From positions 1,304,318 through 1,368,317 of the forward strand of contig OZ220488.1 in NCBI GenBank assembly GCA_965116155.1: a DNA stretch of 64,000 nt, given 5' to 3'. The DNA is from Bdellovibrionales bacterium (lineage in GTDB: Bacteria > Bdellovibrionota > Bdellovibrionia > Bdellovibrionales > UBA1609). Positions within the stretch are counted from its first letter, which is position 1, and each line of letters opens with the position of its first letter. Under the pieces are notes generated by a model. It ran no database searches. It was not told the DNA's origin and was given only the letters and a program-made list of their open reading frames with translations. Below, piece by piece: positions 1-9,865 of this stretch. The translations under genes were made by a program, and so were the position numbers.

Positions 1-139
1 GCACCAGTGGGTGAACTTGGGGGGTGAGCACTTTGTGCCGAAAGAGCGAGCGGCTTCGAGTGCGAATAACCCTAAAAACCGCTGGTATTTTCGTAGTATG
101 TTGACGGGCTCTTTGGTGTTTTTGCTTTTTTAGGGGGTT

Positions 140-1114
140 GTGTTGCGCGTGCTCAAAAATATTTGGTTTGGCTTTTGTTTTAGTGCCTGTTTGGGCCTTA
201 TGGGCGGGCTTGCGCCTGTAGCTTTAGGGCAAGATGATAGTGCCGAGGCGCAGGATTTGGAGGATTTTTACAAACAGATCGATCCGCAAAATGCCTCTTC
301 CGCCGGCACTGCCGGTGCGGGTATCAGCAAAAAGGCGCGCGCCCATGGCTCTTTGGGTTTAAGCAGCCAAGGGGAGTCGGCCTTTGAGAACATTGCCATT
401 ATTCAGCGTCGGTTTTTGCCCAAAACCAAGCGTATGGAGCTTTCGGCACAGGGGGTTTTTAATGTAGATCAGCCGGTGTTTTACGAAATGGGCGTGGGTT
501 TAAAGCTTGCGGGATTTTTTTTAGAGGCCCACGGTATAGAGCTAAATGGGGCTTATATGTTCCCAGGGCCGCGCACGGGTGTGGGTAAGGCTATAAACGA
601 CATCCATGTGGCGCCCTCCGGTATGTATAAAAACGTATGGGAGGCAGGAGCGTCTTATAAGTGGCAGCCTTTTTATGGTAAAGCCGCTTGGATGGATCGC
701 AGTATATTGCCCTTTGATATCTACCTGACCTTAGGTTGGTTGATGATAAGCCGCAAACTGTACAAAGTGGGGCAGGCGGGTGATGAGGGGTCGGGTGTGG
801 CACTGCCCTCTAGCACCAAATACTGTAAAAGACCTGCAGCCAATACCCAAGGGGTGGAATGCAACTGGCCGGTTAGGGACCACTTTATTAACTTTGGTTT
901 TGGGCAAATTTTTGCTTTAAGTAAGTCTTTGGCTTTTAGGTGGGATGTTACCCATTACCGCATTTTGCATCAGGGAAAAAGGCCGGTGGAGTATTTGGCC
1001 ACATTGGAGCCAGCTGAGCAAAAAAAAGCCCAGCAGCAAAAGCGTTTTGGGCACGGGGGCTGGCGTTTGCATGCCGGGGTGAGTTTGTTTTTCCCCAAAG
1101 CCCGGTACCGTTAA
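140..1114 (+). CDS. Outer-membrane beta-barrel protein, myxobacterial GltA/GltB-like (first gene of gliding-type cluster)
   Basis: 324-aa ORF with GTG start and N-terminal signal peptide (..PVALG-QDD). Alternating beta-strand-like pattern and aromatic C-terminal strand (GVSLFF). Sits upstream of TPR/TonB-like/MotA-ExbD genes. Confidence 0.5.
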   Translation: MLRVLKNIWFGFCFSACLGLMGGLAPVALGQDDSAEAQDLEDFYKQIDPQNASSAGTAGAGISKKARAHGSLGLSSQGESAFENIAIIQRRFLPKTKRMELSAQGVFNVDQPVFYEMGVGLKLAGFFLEAHGIELNGAYMFPGPRTGVGKAINDIHVAPSGMYKNVWEAGASYKWQPFYGKAAWMDRSILPFDIYLTLGWLMISRKLYKVGQAGDEGSGVALPSSTKYCKRPAANTQGVECNWPVRDHFINFGFGQIFALSKSLAFRWDVTHYRILHQGKRPVEYLATLEPAEQKKAQQQKRFGHGGWRLHAGVSLFFPKARYR

Positions 1115-1144
1115 AGCCCGGTACCGTTAAAGCCCGGTACTGTA
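1097..1144. repeat. 16-bp tandem repeat AAAGCCCGGTACCGTT x3 (third copy degenerate) straddling the stop codon of the OMP gene
   Basis: Read directly: units at 1097-1112, 1113-1128, 1129-1144. The TAA stop at 1112-1114 lies on the unit 1/2 junction. Confidence 0.9.
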
Positions 1145-1208
1145 TAGGCCTGGTGCTGTGAGGGGCCCGGGGCTTTTAAGACAAGATACGAATTGGGGGA
1201 AAAAAATA

Positions 1209-2918
1209 ATGTCTTATGTGTTGTGTGCTAAAAACTTAAGGTGGCTTTTGTGTGTGGGGGTGCTGTTAGGTGCGACTGTTAGTGTGGCAGATGCAGCAGA
1301 GGTTGCTAAAGGTGCTGAGCAGAAGGTAGTGCCTGTCGCTGCGGCGGTGGTGACTGCGGCCTCAGCGGTTAAGGCGCCTAAGTTGGGCGACAAGGCAGGT
1401 TTGCTTGCGGAGTTGAAGCGCTTGGAAGGCATGCGTTTAGCTCAGCGTGGAGTGGGTGGGGGAGATTTAAAGCGCGCCATTCGCTTAGCCCGTGACAGGC
1501 GTTGGGAAGAGGCGTCGCAGCTTTTGTTTCCGCTAATATCTCGAGCGTCAGGCGCTAAGCGCAATCAGCTTAGGTACTTGTTGGGCTTGGCTTTGTATAA
1601 CTTAAAATTTTACCAGGCCTCGGCGTTTCAGTTTATGAGCGTGGTGCGGCATGGGCGTAACGAGTATGTAGCTAGGGGGCTAGAGAAATTATCGCTCGCA
1701 GCAGATGCCTTGGGTGATGACACCTTGCTCAATTATGCTATTGGCAAAATTAGGCTAAAAGAGTTTCCTCCGCAGCATGTGGGGATTTTGCGCTATAGGC
1801 TGGGGCAGTTTTATATGCGCAAAAAAGAGTTCAGTCAGGCGGCGCGCAGTTTTCGTCGTGTGCCTACGGATAGCCACTTGTACGGAAAGTCTAAATACCT
1901 AGAGGCGCTTTCTTTAGTGGAGCTGGGCCGTACAGGCCGTGCACTAGATGTGTTTAAGTCTTTGGTAGCTGCGCGTAGTGATATGCCGGTGACCGACGAC
2001 ATAAGGGTTGCGGCTCTGCTCGGCATGGGGCGTACGCACTATCAGCGCAAAGAGTACAAGCTGGCAGAGCAGGCCTATAAGCTTGTGCCGCGGGATAGCC
2101 CGTTTTGGCATGCTACGTTGCTAGAAATCAGCTGGACCATGGTGCGTCAGGAGCGTTTTCGTCGTGCGTTGGGGTATTTTCAGACCCTGCACTCGTCGTT
2201 TTACGAAGACTGGTACATGCCAGAGACCCTGCTAGTGCGCGCGCTGCTGTATTATTATATTTGTCAGTTTGGAGAGATGCGAAAATCTTTAGAGATTTTT
2301 CAAAAAATATACGAGCCTGAACACAGGCGTGTAACCCGGTATTTAAAAACCGTATCGCGTCCAGAAAAGTACTTTGAAGACATCGTTAGGGTCATTGAAG
2401 ACTACGATGACGGCAGCTATGTGAAAAAAAAGGCCTCATACCCGATACCTTTTTTGGTAGCGCGCGAGGTTCTGGGTAGGGGGAATTTTCAGGGCGTATA
2501 CGATTATGTGACCAAGCTGTTAGAGGAGTATCAAAGGCTTAAAAAAATGCCTTCTCGTTGGCAGAACTCTGGCGTAGGGCGCCATGTGTCTAAGGTATTA
2601 GCTAGGCGGCTTAAGAGCTCTAAGGTGCGTGCGGGGCGCATGGTGCGCAGGTACTTGCTAGAGGTGCGGCAGAACTTGGTGGACTTTTTTGCTCAAAAAG
2701 GTTTGCTATGGCTAGAGATGCTAGAGGGTGACAAACGCGTTTTAAGGCGCAAGATTGAGGAAAGCGCTCAAGGACAAGATGCTCGCAAAGAGAGCATTAA
2801 CCGCAGCAGGGGTTTTTATATACAAAACGGGTACCAGCTGTGGTCGTTTAGAGGCGAGTATTGGTTAGACGAGTTGGGTAACTATTTTTATGTGGGCCGG
2901 CAGAGTTGCCGTAACTAA
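1209..2918 (+). CDS. TPR-repeat periplasmic protein (GltE/AglT-like)
   Basis: ORF 1158..2918. The ATG at 1209 gives a signal-peptide-like N-terminus (MSYVLCAKNLRWLLCVGVLLGATVSVADA). Repeated A/Y/L-rich helical-hairpin (TPR-like) pattern. Gene context. Confidence 0.5.
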   Translation: MSYVLCAKNLRWLLCVGVLLGATVSVADAAEVAKGAEQKVVPVAAAVVTAASAVKAPKLGDKAGLLAELKRLEGMRLAQRGVGGGDLKRAIRLARDRRWEEASQLLFPLISRASGAKRNQLRYLLGLALYNLKFYQASAFQFMSVVRHGRNEYVARGLEKLSLAADALGDDTLLNYAIGKIRLKEFPPQHVGILRYRLGQFYMRKKEFSQAARSFRRVPTDSHLYGKSKYLEALSLVELGRTGRALDVFKSLVAARSDMPVTDDIRVAALLGMGRTHYQRKEYKLAEQAYKLVPRDSPFWHATLLEISWTMVRQERFRRALGYFQTLHSSFYEDWYMPETLLVRALLYYYICQFGEMRKSLEIFQKIYEPEHRRVTRYLKTVSRPEKYFEDIVRVIEDYDDGSYVKKKASYPIPFLVAREVLGRGNFQGVYDYVTKLLEEYQRLKKMPSRWQNSGVGRHVSKVLARRLKSSKVRAGRMVRRYLLEVRQNLVDFFAQKGLLWLEMLEGDKRVLRRKIEESAQGQDARKESINRSRGFYIQNGYQLWSFRGEYWLDELGNYFYVGRQSCRN

Positions 2919-2946
2919 GGTGTGTGTTTTGAGAGGAGATAAAGCC

Positions 2947-5900
2947 ATGTGGCGCTTGGGTTTGGTGCTGAGTATTTTAGTCTTGTGGCCGGTTGAGGCT
3001 TTGTTGGCTAATGAGGCAACGGTAGAAGACGTGCAGCGTCGGATCGAAAACCGTGCGCTAAACCTAAAGCGCAAATCCGCAGTGCTGTCGGACATAAAAG
3101 AGGCTCCTAAAAAAGACCTACGCGCTATACAGCCTGAGCGAAGGCCTCGGTTGTACCACCAAAAAAATTCCGACTGGGGGCGCTTGGAGTCTGTGGTGAA
3201 CGAGCAGATCCAGCGTGGAGTGGCGTTGGTAAAAAAGTTTGAAGGCACCTCCACCATAGGAGCTTTGTGGTTACGACTGGCAGATAGTTATTTAGAAAAA
3301 ACCCGTCTCGTGCAAGACCGGCTCGAAAGCGAATACGTAGCGGCGCTAGAGAAGGCTCAAAAAACAGGCCGCAGGCCCACGTTGAATTTGGCGCCTTCGT
3401 ATTCCTCTGCGCGCAAAGCCAACCAGCTTTATGTGTGGTTTATTAGGGATTTTCCAAGTCACAAAAGTGTGCCAAGGGCTTTGGCGCAGTTGGCAGCAAG
3501 TTATTTTTATTTGCAGCAGCATGACAAGGGCTTAGAGACCTATGCCAAGCTAGCAAAAGTAGCTCCTCGTAGTAAGTATATGCTAGAGGCAGACTTCAAC
3601 CGTGCGGAGCACTATTTTGCTGAAGAAAACTACGCCCATGCGTTAAAGTTTTATAACAGATTTATTAAAAAGGTTCCCAGCGGTGTAAAGGCTAAAAAAA
3701 GGCTCGCCTACCACCGTAGGGCTTGGTGTTATTACCGTTTGCGTAAGGTGCCCCCGGCTTTAAAAGACCTGGAGTGGGTGTTGCTTTCTGCACGTCAAGA
3801 CAAGCTGCCTGTAGCTTCGACCCAAGAAGTGGTGCGGGACTTGGTGTGGTTTTATGGTGAGCACCCTAATGGTCCCAGGGGAGCGAGGGCGTATTTTTCG
3901 CGGGTGCTGGGTGCGGATTACACTAAGCGTATTATGCCTCAAGTGGCGCGGCAGGCTTGGGACACAGGGCGCTATAATGATGCGATTTTTTTGTATCGGG
4001 ATCTCATCTCTAGAGCTCCTAAGGCGCGCGTAGCAGCCGAGTACCAGCGTAATATAGTGCGCATATACAAGGGCTCTAAAAGGCATGATAGAGAGTTTCG
4101 CCGTGAGCTTTTGTTGTGGGTGTCAAATTACAGCGCTAAAAGCCCTTGGGGCAAAGCCAACAGAGGCAGTGCTTTTGCTACAGAGGTGCAAAAGGCAACA
4201 GAGTTAGAGTTTCGTAAATACATTAAGCGGCAGCATAAAAGTTATATCACAACAGGCAAACAGAAAGGCGTTGGGGTGCTGGCGCTGTTTTACAAAAAGT
4301 ATTTTGAGCTGTTTCCTAAAAGTGAACACGCTTTAGAGTTGCGGTTTTTTTACGCCGAGCTGCTTTTTGATACTAAAAAGTACGCCAAGGCGGTTGAAAA
4401 CTACAGAAAAGTCATCGCCCAGGGTGGTGGTGAGTACGCGAAAATGGCACGGCACAATGTGCTATTGGCTTTAGAAAAGGCTTTGCCTTCTGATGCGGCG
4501 CTCAGCCGGCATTTAGGTAAGCGCAAAGAGCGCTTGGAGTTTCAGCCCAACATTGCTGCGTTCGTTAAAGAGGCTGAGCTTTTTGTAGAGCAAAACACTG
4601 GGTCCAAAGAGGCCGAGGCGGTTATTTACAAGGTGGCGTATTTTTACTACCTGCACAACCAGCATGAAAAAGCCATTGCAAACTATGTTAAGGCTATAAA
4701 AACCTACCCCAAGGCTGCGGCTATGCCGGTGGCGGTGACGGCGGTGTTAGACATATACACCCAAAAGAAAAGCCCGCAGTCTTTAAACGCGGTAATGCAA
4801 GAGCTTTTGGGTGTGCCAGAGGTTTTGCAAAATACCAAAGTTGTGGCACAGATTAAAAAAGTGCTTTCGGCTGTAGATTTTAATGTGGCGGCGAACTTAG
4901 AAAAATCCAAAGACTACCTGGCAAGTGCCAAGCAGTACGAGCGTATTGCAAAAGAAAGCAAAGACGCCAAAATCAGAGCCGACGCCTTAAACAACGCGGC
5001 GGTTAATTACGAACGAGCAAAAGCTTGGCCCAAGGCCGTGGAGCTTTACAGAAGGGTCGCGCGCAGCAATAGTCCGCATTTAGGAGATAAAAAGCAGGTG
5101 GCGCGTGAGGTGCTGGCGGCTTTTTATAAGCGTGTCGGCAGGTACGACAAGGCTGCTTATTGGTCGGAGCAGTGTGCGGCTAGCGCTAAAGGCCAAAAGC
5201 GGCTGGATTTTTTAAACGATGCGGCGGTGATTTATGGGGGGCTTAATAATTTTCAAGCAGCCGAGCGCAACTACGCAGCCTTGTTAAAGTACGTAACGGG
5301 TGCAGCAAAAGCTAAGGTAAATTACTCGCGGGCGCATATGTACCGTATGGCGGGCAATTATGAAAAAGCCATACCTTTAATGCAAGCGGTGGCGGATGAC
5401 CCTGGGGGGGTGCCTTTTCATAGGGTTGAAATGGCTTACCTGTTGGCGCAGGTGTTTAAGCAGCGTTCGGATAGGGCGAATTTAAAAAAGGCTTACCAAA
5501 AAGTGGTGCAAGTGCAAAAGGCCCTGGGAGCGCAGCACAGTGATGTGGGGGCAGTTTATGCGGCCGAGGCGAGGTTTGAGCTAAACTTGGCTACGTATAG
5601 GGAGTTTTCTGCTATACCCCTTAGGGCTTCAGACAAAGACCTGGCGGCTAAGTTAAAAAGGCGGGCAGAGCTTTTAAATAAACTGATTGCTGAGATGCGG
5701 CAGGTGGTGGCCTATGACAACGGCAGTTATGTGGCGGCGGCTTTAAGCCTTATGGCAGAGGCCGAGGCTAATATGGCGCAGGCTATTTTGGCATCGGGTG
5801 TGCCGAAGGTTTTAAAGGACAAAGAAAAAATTAAAGAATACCAACAAGGTTTGGCAAAGCAGGCGGAGCCGCATTCTCAGAAATCACAGGCCTTATATAA

Positions 5901-6798
5901 AGAGGCGGTGTCTAAGGGCTTTGACCTGGGTGCCCGTGGGCCTTGGTTTGTAAAGGCGGTGCGTAGGCTGAGTGCAATAGATAAATCTTCTACCTATGCT
6001 ACGGACTATGCGCCTAGTAGAGAGCTGTTTGTGTCAGAAACTCCCATTAAGCAAGAGACAGAAAATGCCGCAACAAGCAGCCGCAATACACTGACTTCGG
6101 CCTCAGGGGTTTTGGCGAATAAGCCCCGTGATTTAGCGGCTTTAAATAGCTTAGCGGTGTACCATCTGCAAAAACGGCAATACGCTTTGGGGGAGCTGGT
6201 TCTGTTTAGAGCTTTGCGGGACCATGCAGGAGCAGCGGAGCTATATAATAATCTGGCGTATATTTATGTTAAAACGGGTCGTCCGCAGCTAGCTTGGCAG
6301 CAATGGCAAAAGGCGTTGTCGCATAGTATTTCGCATGCGCCCTTGGCGGCTAATGTGAGTGCGGTGTTGTTAGATAATTTTTATTACGCAAAGTCTAAAG
6401 TGCTTTTGTCAAAAGCTTATACCAAAGATGTGGTTAAAGACTTGCAGGCTAAAAAGCCCATGGCTGTGGTTATAGCTAATAATTATGCGGTGGCTTTGGC
6501 AGGCCATGGCAAGGCGGCAAAGGCGCGCAAAATATACGAGCTTATGGTGGACACCCATGGGGTAGAGAGCTTTGAAAGCTTTTTTAACTACGCCTTGGTG
6601 TTAATGGAGAATGAGGCTAAAAAATCCCGTACTAAAATCGAGTCGCTCTTGGGGAGGCTGGAGTTTTTGGCGCGAGGTGGCGACAAAAGGGATAGGCTGA
6701 AAAAGCTAAAAAAACGGCGCGTGCCGGCGTCGCATGATGCAGAGTTTGACCCATCGCTTGGGGTGCTGCACTCAGAGGGAGCTGCGGACGGCATTTAA
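2947..6798 (+). CDS. Large TPR-repeat protein (GltD/AgmU-like gliding motility protein)
   Basis: ORF 2890..6798. The ATG at 2947 is preceded by GAGGAG and gives a signal peptide (MWRLGLVLSILVLWPVEALLA), which removes the overlap with the upstream gene. About 1280 aa of TPR-like repeats (..YYRLRK.., ..AEENYAHALKFYNRF.., ..NNLAYIYVKTGRPQLA..). Size and position match AgmU-type proteins. Confidence 0.55.
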   Translation: MWRLGLVLSILVLWPVEALLANEATVEDVQRRIENRALNLKRKSAVLSDIKEAPKKDLRAIQPERRPRLYHQKNSDWGRLESVVNEQIQRGVALVKKFEGTSTIGALWLRLADSYLEKTRLVQDRLESEYVAALEKAQKTGRRPTLNLAPSYSSARKANQLYVWFIRDFPSHKSVPRALAQLAASYFYLQQHDKGLETYAKLAKVAPRSKYMLEADFNRAEHYFAEENYAHALKFYNRFIKKVPSGVKAKKRLAYHRRAWCYYRLRKVPPALKDLEWVLLSARQDKLPVASTQEVVRDLVWFYGEHPNGPRGARAYFSRVLGADYTKRIMPQVARQAWDTGRYNDAIFLYRDLISRAPKARVAAEYQRNIVRIYKGSKRHDREFRRELLLWVSNYSAKSPWGKANRGSAFATEVQKATELEFRKYIKRQHKSYITTGKQKGVGVLALFYKKYFELFPKSEHALELRFFYAELLFDTKKYAKAVENYRKVIAQGGGEYAKMARHNVLLALEKALPSDAALSRHLGKRKERLEFQPNIAAFVKEAELFVEQNTGSKEAEAVIYKVAYFYYLHNQHEKAIANYVKAIKTYPKAAAMPVAVTAVLDIYTQKKSPQSLNAVMQELLGVPEVLQNTKVVAQIKKVLSAVDFNVAANLEKSKDYLASAKQYERIAKESKDAKIRADALNNAAVNYERAKAWPKAVELYRRVARSNSPHLGDKKQVAREVLAAFYKRVGRYDKAAYWSEQCAASAKGQKRLDFLNDAAVIYGGLNNFQAAERNYAALLKYVTGAAKAKVNYSRAHMYRMAGNYEKAIPLMQAVADDPGGVPFHRVEMAYLLAQVFKQRSDRANLKKAYQKVVQVQKALGAQHSDVGAVYAAEARFELNLATYREFSAIPLRASDKDLAAKLKRRAELLNKLIAEMRQVVAYDNGSYVAAALSLMAEAEANMAQAILASGVPKVLKDKEKIKEYQQGLAKQAEPHSQKSQALYKEAVSKGFDLGARGPWFVKAVRRLSAIDKSSTYATDYAPSRELFVSETPIKQETENAATSSRNTLTSASGVLANKPRDLAALNSLAVYHLQKRQYALGELVLFRALRDHAGAAELYNNLAYIYVKTGRPQLAWQQWQKALSHSISHAPLAANVSAVLLDNFYYAKSKVLLSKAYTKDVVKDLQAKKPMAVVIANNYAVALAGHGKAAKARKIYELMVDTHGVESFESFFNYALVLMENEAKKSRTKIESLLGRLEFLARGGDKRDRLKKLKKRRVPASHDAEFDPSLGVLHSEGAADGI

Positions 6799-6883
6799 GC
6801 CTGGCATGCTTTTTGCAAATGTAACTGTATAGAGTGATATGGCAAGGATTTGGAAGAGTTAAAAAACCGATTTTTTTTAAGAG

Positions 6884-7138
6884 GTGCATATGCGAGTGGT
6901 TAGGGCTTTAGTTGGGTTTATGATTTTAGGCAGTATGCTTGTGCCTGTGACGTGGGCGGAGCAAAAAACCACACGTGTGGATTTTGACGAAGAGCTTATT
7001 GAGGGTGAATTTAGGAAGTCGGATTTGCTTTCGATTCAAGAAGAAAGTGCTATCGAAGTGGATAGTTTAATGAGATTTAGAGAAAACTTTTTGCCAGAGC
7101 TCCGGCAAACCTCGTATCTTTTAAAGAGAGACAAATAA
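6884..7138 (+). CDS. Small secreted protein (occupies the GltF position in the cluster)
   Basis: 84-aa ORF with signal peptide (..VPVTWA-EQK) and GAGG upstream of the ATG. No family recognised. Confidence 0.4.
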   Translation: MHMRVVRALVGFMILGSMLVPVTWAEQKTTRVDFDEELIEGEFRKSDLLSIQEESAIEVDSLMRFRENFLPELRQTSYLLKRDK

Positions 7139-7194
7139 GCGGTTCCAGTGCGCCTTTTGCATGGGGCGTAGCCTAGCGGGGGGTTATTGGCCGA

Positions 7195-9051
7195 GTGAAT
7201 GTTGTATTAAAGGTGCATTTGCAGGGCTCCTTGTATAAGCAAGAGAGTTTCGATCAGGATCGAATAGTTATTGGTTCGGGCGAAAATGTTGATCTGCGTT
7301 TGAAGTCTGAGCAGTCTAAGCCTGTGTCTCCTATACATGCGGTAATTGAAAGGCGTGACGACGCGTACTTTTGTGCTGATATGGGCTCTGGTGTGGGCAC
7401 CTTTTGCAATGCCAAGCCGGTGAAAGATGTTCAAATTATGCCAGGCGATGTGCTTTCGGTGGGTGGGTACCAGTTGGAGTTTGAGCTCAAAAGGCCTGTG
7501 GACAGAACAGCGGGTTTAAACATAGCGGCATCAGATGACGACGAAACTTTAGTAACAGAGTTTGCAGAGCCCCCCAAAACCTCTAAGCCCAAGGGGCCTG
7601 CCAGAGCTAAAAGAGCTCCGGCTAAAAAAGCGCCACTTAAAAAGACCCGTGCAGGCGCCAAGGTGGCGCGTGGAACTTTTGCGCCTCCTAGTGCACGTAA
7701 AAATTTAGACACACTCATTAAGCCTAGTATGGGTTCTGCCGTGGATGTGTGGGTGTCGTGGCGGGAGCGCGTGGTGCAGGCGCGGCATTTTAAGGGCGAG
7801 CATGAGGTCAGTATAGGTGTAGATGCTGATAACGACATTGTGCTGCCTTTGGAGGCGCGGCGCACGCGTAAGCATAAGTTTTTAAAAACCGGTTCTTCGC
7901 AGGCCGTGGTTAATATGGGCTCTATGTTTGCGGGTGGTAGCTTGCAGACCAAGGGCGAGCCTACGCAGGTGGTGGCCGTGGGTAGTACTATTACCTTGTT
8001 GCCGGGCCAGTTGTTAAAGCTCAATTTGCATAATGAAAACCTGCATGTGTATGTGCGTTTTGTGGATGAGGCTCCTACTGTTGCAGCTTTGGGCGCGCAA
8101 GAGGGCAGCCGAGAGCTTGTGGCTATCGGCTTGGCCATGGTTTTGGTGGCTATGTTGGCTATGTATATGGCGTTTTATTCTACTTATGAGTTAGCAGATG
8201 AGGACTTAGAAGAAAAAGCCCGCAAAGTAACGATTGTGTTTAAACCGCCGGTGCGTCCTATAACAAAACCCAAGCCCAAAAAAGTGGTAAAAAAACCTAC
8301 GGTAAAACGCGTGCGGCAGGTTAAGGATCCTGGCAAGGGCCGGCGTTCGCGTACGCGCAAGGTTGTGAAAAAAGTAAAACCTTCTGGTGGAGTGAAGACG
8401 GCTCGCAAATCCGGTGCAGGGGCTAAAACGGTAAAGCCTAAGGTCGATGTAAATAAAGTGGGTTTGCTTTCGGCCTTTGGTGGTGGCGGGGTGCATGAGA
8501 CTTTGTCGACGGGTGCAGAAGGCTCGGGGGCTTTGCTGGGTGACGCTGCGCGGGCGAAAGGTCAAAGTGGTATAGGCGAAGATCGCAAAGGCGGCGCCTT
8601 GGGCTTGAGGGGTTCTGTGGGAAAAAGGGATACCGTGGCTGGTCAGGCGGTGAGTGTGGGAGGCAAGGGCTCGGGGGCTTTTGGTTCGGGCACTGGGGGC
8701 TTGGGTGTTAAGGGTGATGTGGATTTGAATTTGGATTCTGATGAGATCGAGGCGTCGAGCTCTATTGATCGGGATGCGATTTTGCGTATAGTGCGCCGTA
8801 ATAAACCTGGTATTAGAGCCTGTTACAACACGGAACTTAACAGAAAAAAGGGTTTAGGGGGTAAGATACTTATAGAGTGGGATATTGGTACCGGTGGGCG
8901 CGTGGTGAGAACCCGAGTGCTGTCTAATACGTTGCAGAGCGCTCGTGTTGCGACTTGTGTGCGTAGGTTGATATCGGGCTTGTTGTTTCCTGCGCCTGAA
9001 TCGGATGAAATTGCCAGGGTGGCTTTTCCGTTTACATTTCAGGCGCGGTAG
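7195..9051 (+). CDS. FHA-domain / proline-lysine-rich / AgmX-PglI C-terminal (TonB-C-like) protein (GltG/GltJ-like)
   Basis: N-terminal FHA signature (IVIGSGENVDLRL..VSPIHAVIE..DMGSGVGTFCNAKPV). Second FHA-like segment, one TM helix (LVAIGLAMVLVAMLAMYMAF), K/P-rich linker and Gly-rich segment. C-terminus IDRDAILRIVRRNKPGIRACYN..GGKILIEWDIGTGGRV.. is typical of the AgmX/PglI C-terminal domain. Confidence 0.6.
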   Translation: MNVVLKVHLQGSLYKQESFDQDRIVIGSGENVDLRLKSEQSKPVSPIHAVIERRDDAYFCADMGSGVGTFCNAKPVKDVQIMPGDVLSVGGYQLEFELKRPVDRTAGLNIAASDDDETLVTEFAEPPKTSKPKGPARAKRAPAKKAPLKKTRAGAKVARGTFAPPSARKNLDTLIKPSMGSAVDVWVSWRERVVQARHFKGEHEVSIGVDADNDIVLPLEARRTRKHKFLKTGSSQAVVNMGSMFAGGSLQTKGEPTQVVAVGSTITLLPGQLLKLNLHNENLHVYVRFVDEAPTVAALGAQEGSRELVAIGLAMVLVAMLAMYMAFYSTYELADEDLEEKARKVTIVFKPPVRPITKPKPKKVVKKPTVKRVRQVKDPGKGRRSRTRKVVKKVKPSGGVKTARKSGAGAKTVKPKVDVNKVGLLSAFGGGGVHETLSTGAEGSGALLGDAARAKGQSGIGEDRKGGALGLRGSVGKRDTVAGQAVSVGGKGSGAFGSGTGGLGVKGDVDLNLDSDEIEASSSIDRDAILRIVRRNKPGIRACYNTELNRKKGLGGKILIEWDIGTGGRVVRTRVLSNTLQSARVATCVRRLISGLLFPAPESDEIARVAFPFTFQAR

Positions 9052-9133
9052 TTTTTAAGAGGGTGTTTTTAGGTTTTTTTAATTTTTTTTGATTCTTTCG
9101 GACACGAGAGGGGTTTTTTAAAGGAGGCTTAAG

Positions 9134-9835
9134 GTGGAACAGGCTGCAAACGAGGTAGCACAAGGGGTTGTAGATAACCAGGGGTTTGGTTATTTTTTAG
9201 CGCGCGCTTTTTCTGCAGAGCATGGCGGCGGCTTTATGATGTGGGTCATCTTGCTCGTGGGGGTGATGCTGGTTTTTTTAATCATTGAGCGTGTTATGTC
9301 TATGCGAAAGATGCGTGTGGACTCGGTGAGCTTGAACGATGGTTTGTACAGAATGGTGGTGCGTGGGGATATTAACCAGGCGGTTTCGTTTTGTGACACG
9401 CGTCCTGCTCCGCTTACTAATACATTAAAAGAGGGCTTAATACAGGTCATTAATAAGCGCCCTGATGAAGAGGTGCAGGTGGCGATGGATGCGGCGGTGT
9501 TGCGTGAGACTCCTCGTGTGGAGGGCTGGACAGCTCTTTTGGCATTGGGGGGTAACGTTGCGGTGCTGTTAGGGCTACTGGGTACTGTGGGAGGTTTGAT
9601 TAAGTCTTTTAGTGGTGTGGCGGCTGCTGATGCTGCGACCAAGTCGATAGAGTTGTCTAAGGGTATTTCGGAGGCTTTGAACTGTACGGCTTTTGGTTTG
9701 GGTGTGGCTATTATAGCTTTGGTGGCTTATGGTTTTTTGCAAATACGCATCGAGCGCATTTTAACGGATATGCGTGAGGGTAGTATGCGGGTTATGAACC
9801 TTGTGGTGGCTAACCGTGATAAGATTAAGGTCTAG
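9134..9835 (+). CDS. MotA/TolQ/ExbB-family proton channel (AglR-like)
   Basis: 233 aa with three TM helices. C-terminal conserved TolQ/ExbB block (GLLGTVGGLIKSF..ISEALNCTAFGLGVAIIALVAY). Confidence 0.8.
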   Translation: MEQAANEVAQGVVDNQGFGYFLARAFSAEHGGGFMMWVILLVGVMLVFLIIERVMSMRKMRVDSVSLNDGLYRMVVRGDINQAVSFCDTRPAPLTNTLKEGLIQVINKRPDEEVQVAMDAAVLRETPRVEGWTALLALGGNVAVLLGLLGTVGGLIKSFSGVAAADAATKSIELSKGISEALNCTAFGLGVAIIALVAYGFLQIRIERILTDMREGSMRVMNLVVANRDKIKV

Positions 9836-9865
9836 GCTTAAGGTGCGGATTTTGGGAGTGTTGCT

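Noticed and set aside
2-133. Open frame (frame 2) of 43 codons ending at TAG 131-133, possibly the 3' end of an upstream gene
   Set aside because: Too short and truncated by the window edge to assign. No recognisable motif.
1158-2946. Long forms of the two TPR ORFs (starts 1158 and 2890), which would overlap by 29 nt
   Set aside because: Internal ATGs at 1209 and 2947 give proper signal peptides and, for 2947, a GAGGAG RBS. The overlap is probably an artefact of longest-ORF calling.
7431-8138. 235-aa minus-strand ORF
   Set aside because: Lies entirely antisense to the well-supported FHA/AgmX-PglI gene. Low-complexity S/T/A/P-rich translation typical of a shadow ORF.
9052-9133. T-rich spacer (GTTTTTAGGTTTTTTTAATTTTTTTTGATTC) between the FHA/PglI gene and the MotA gene; considered as a terminator
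   Set aside because: No preceding stable stem. More likely an internal spacer or weak promoter region within the operon.
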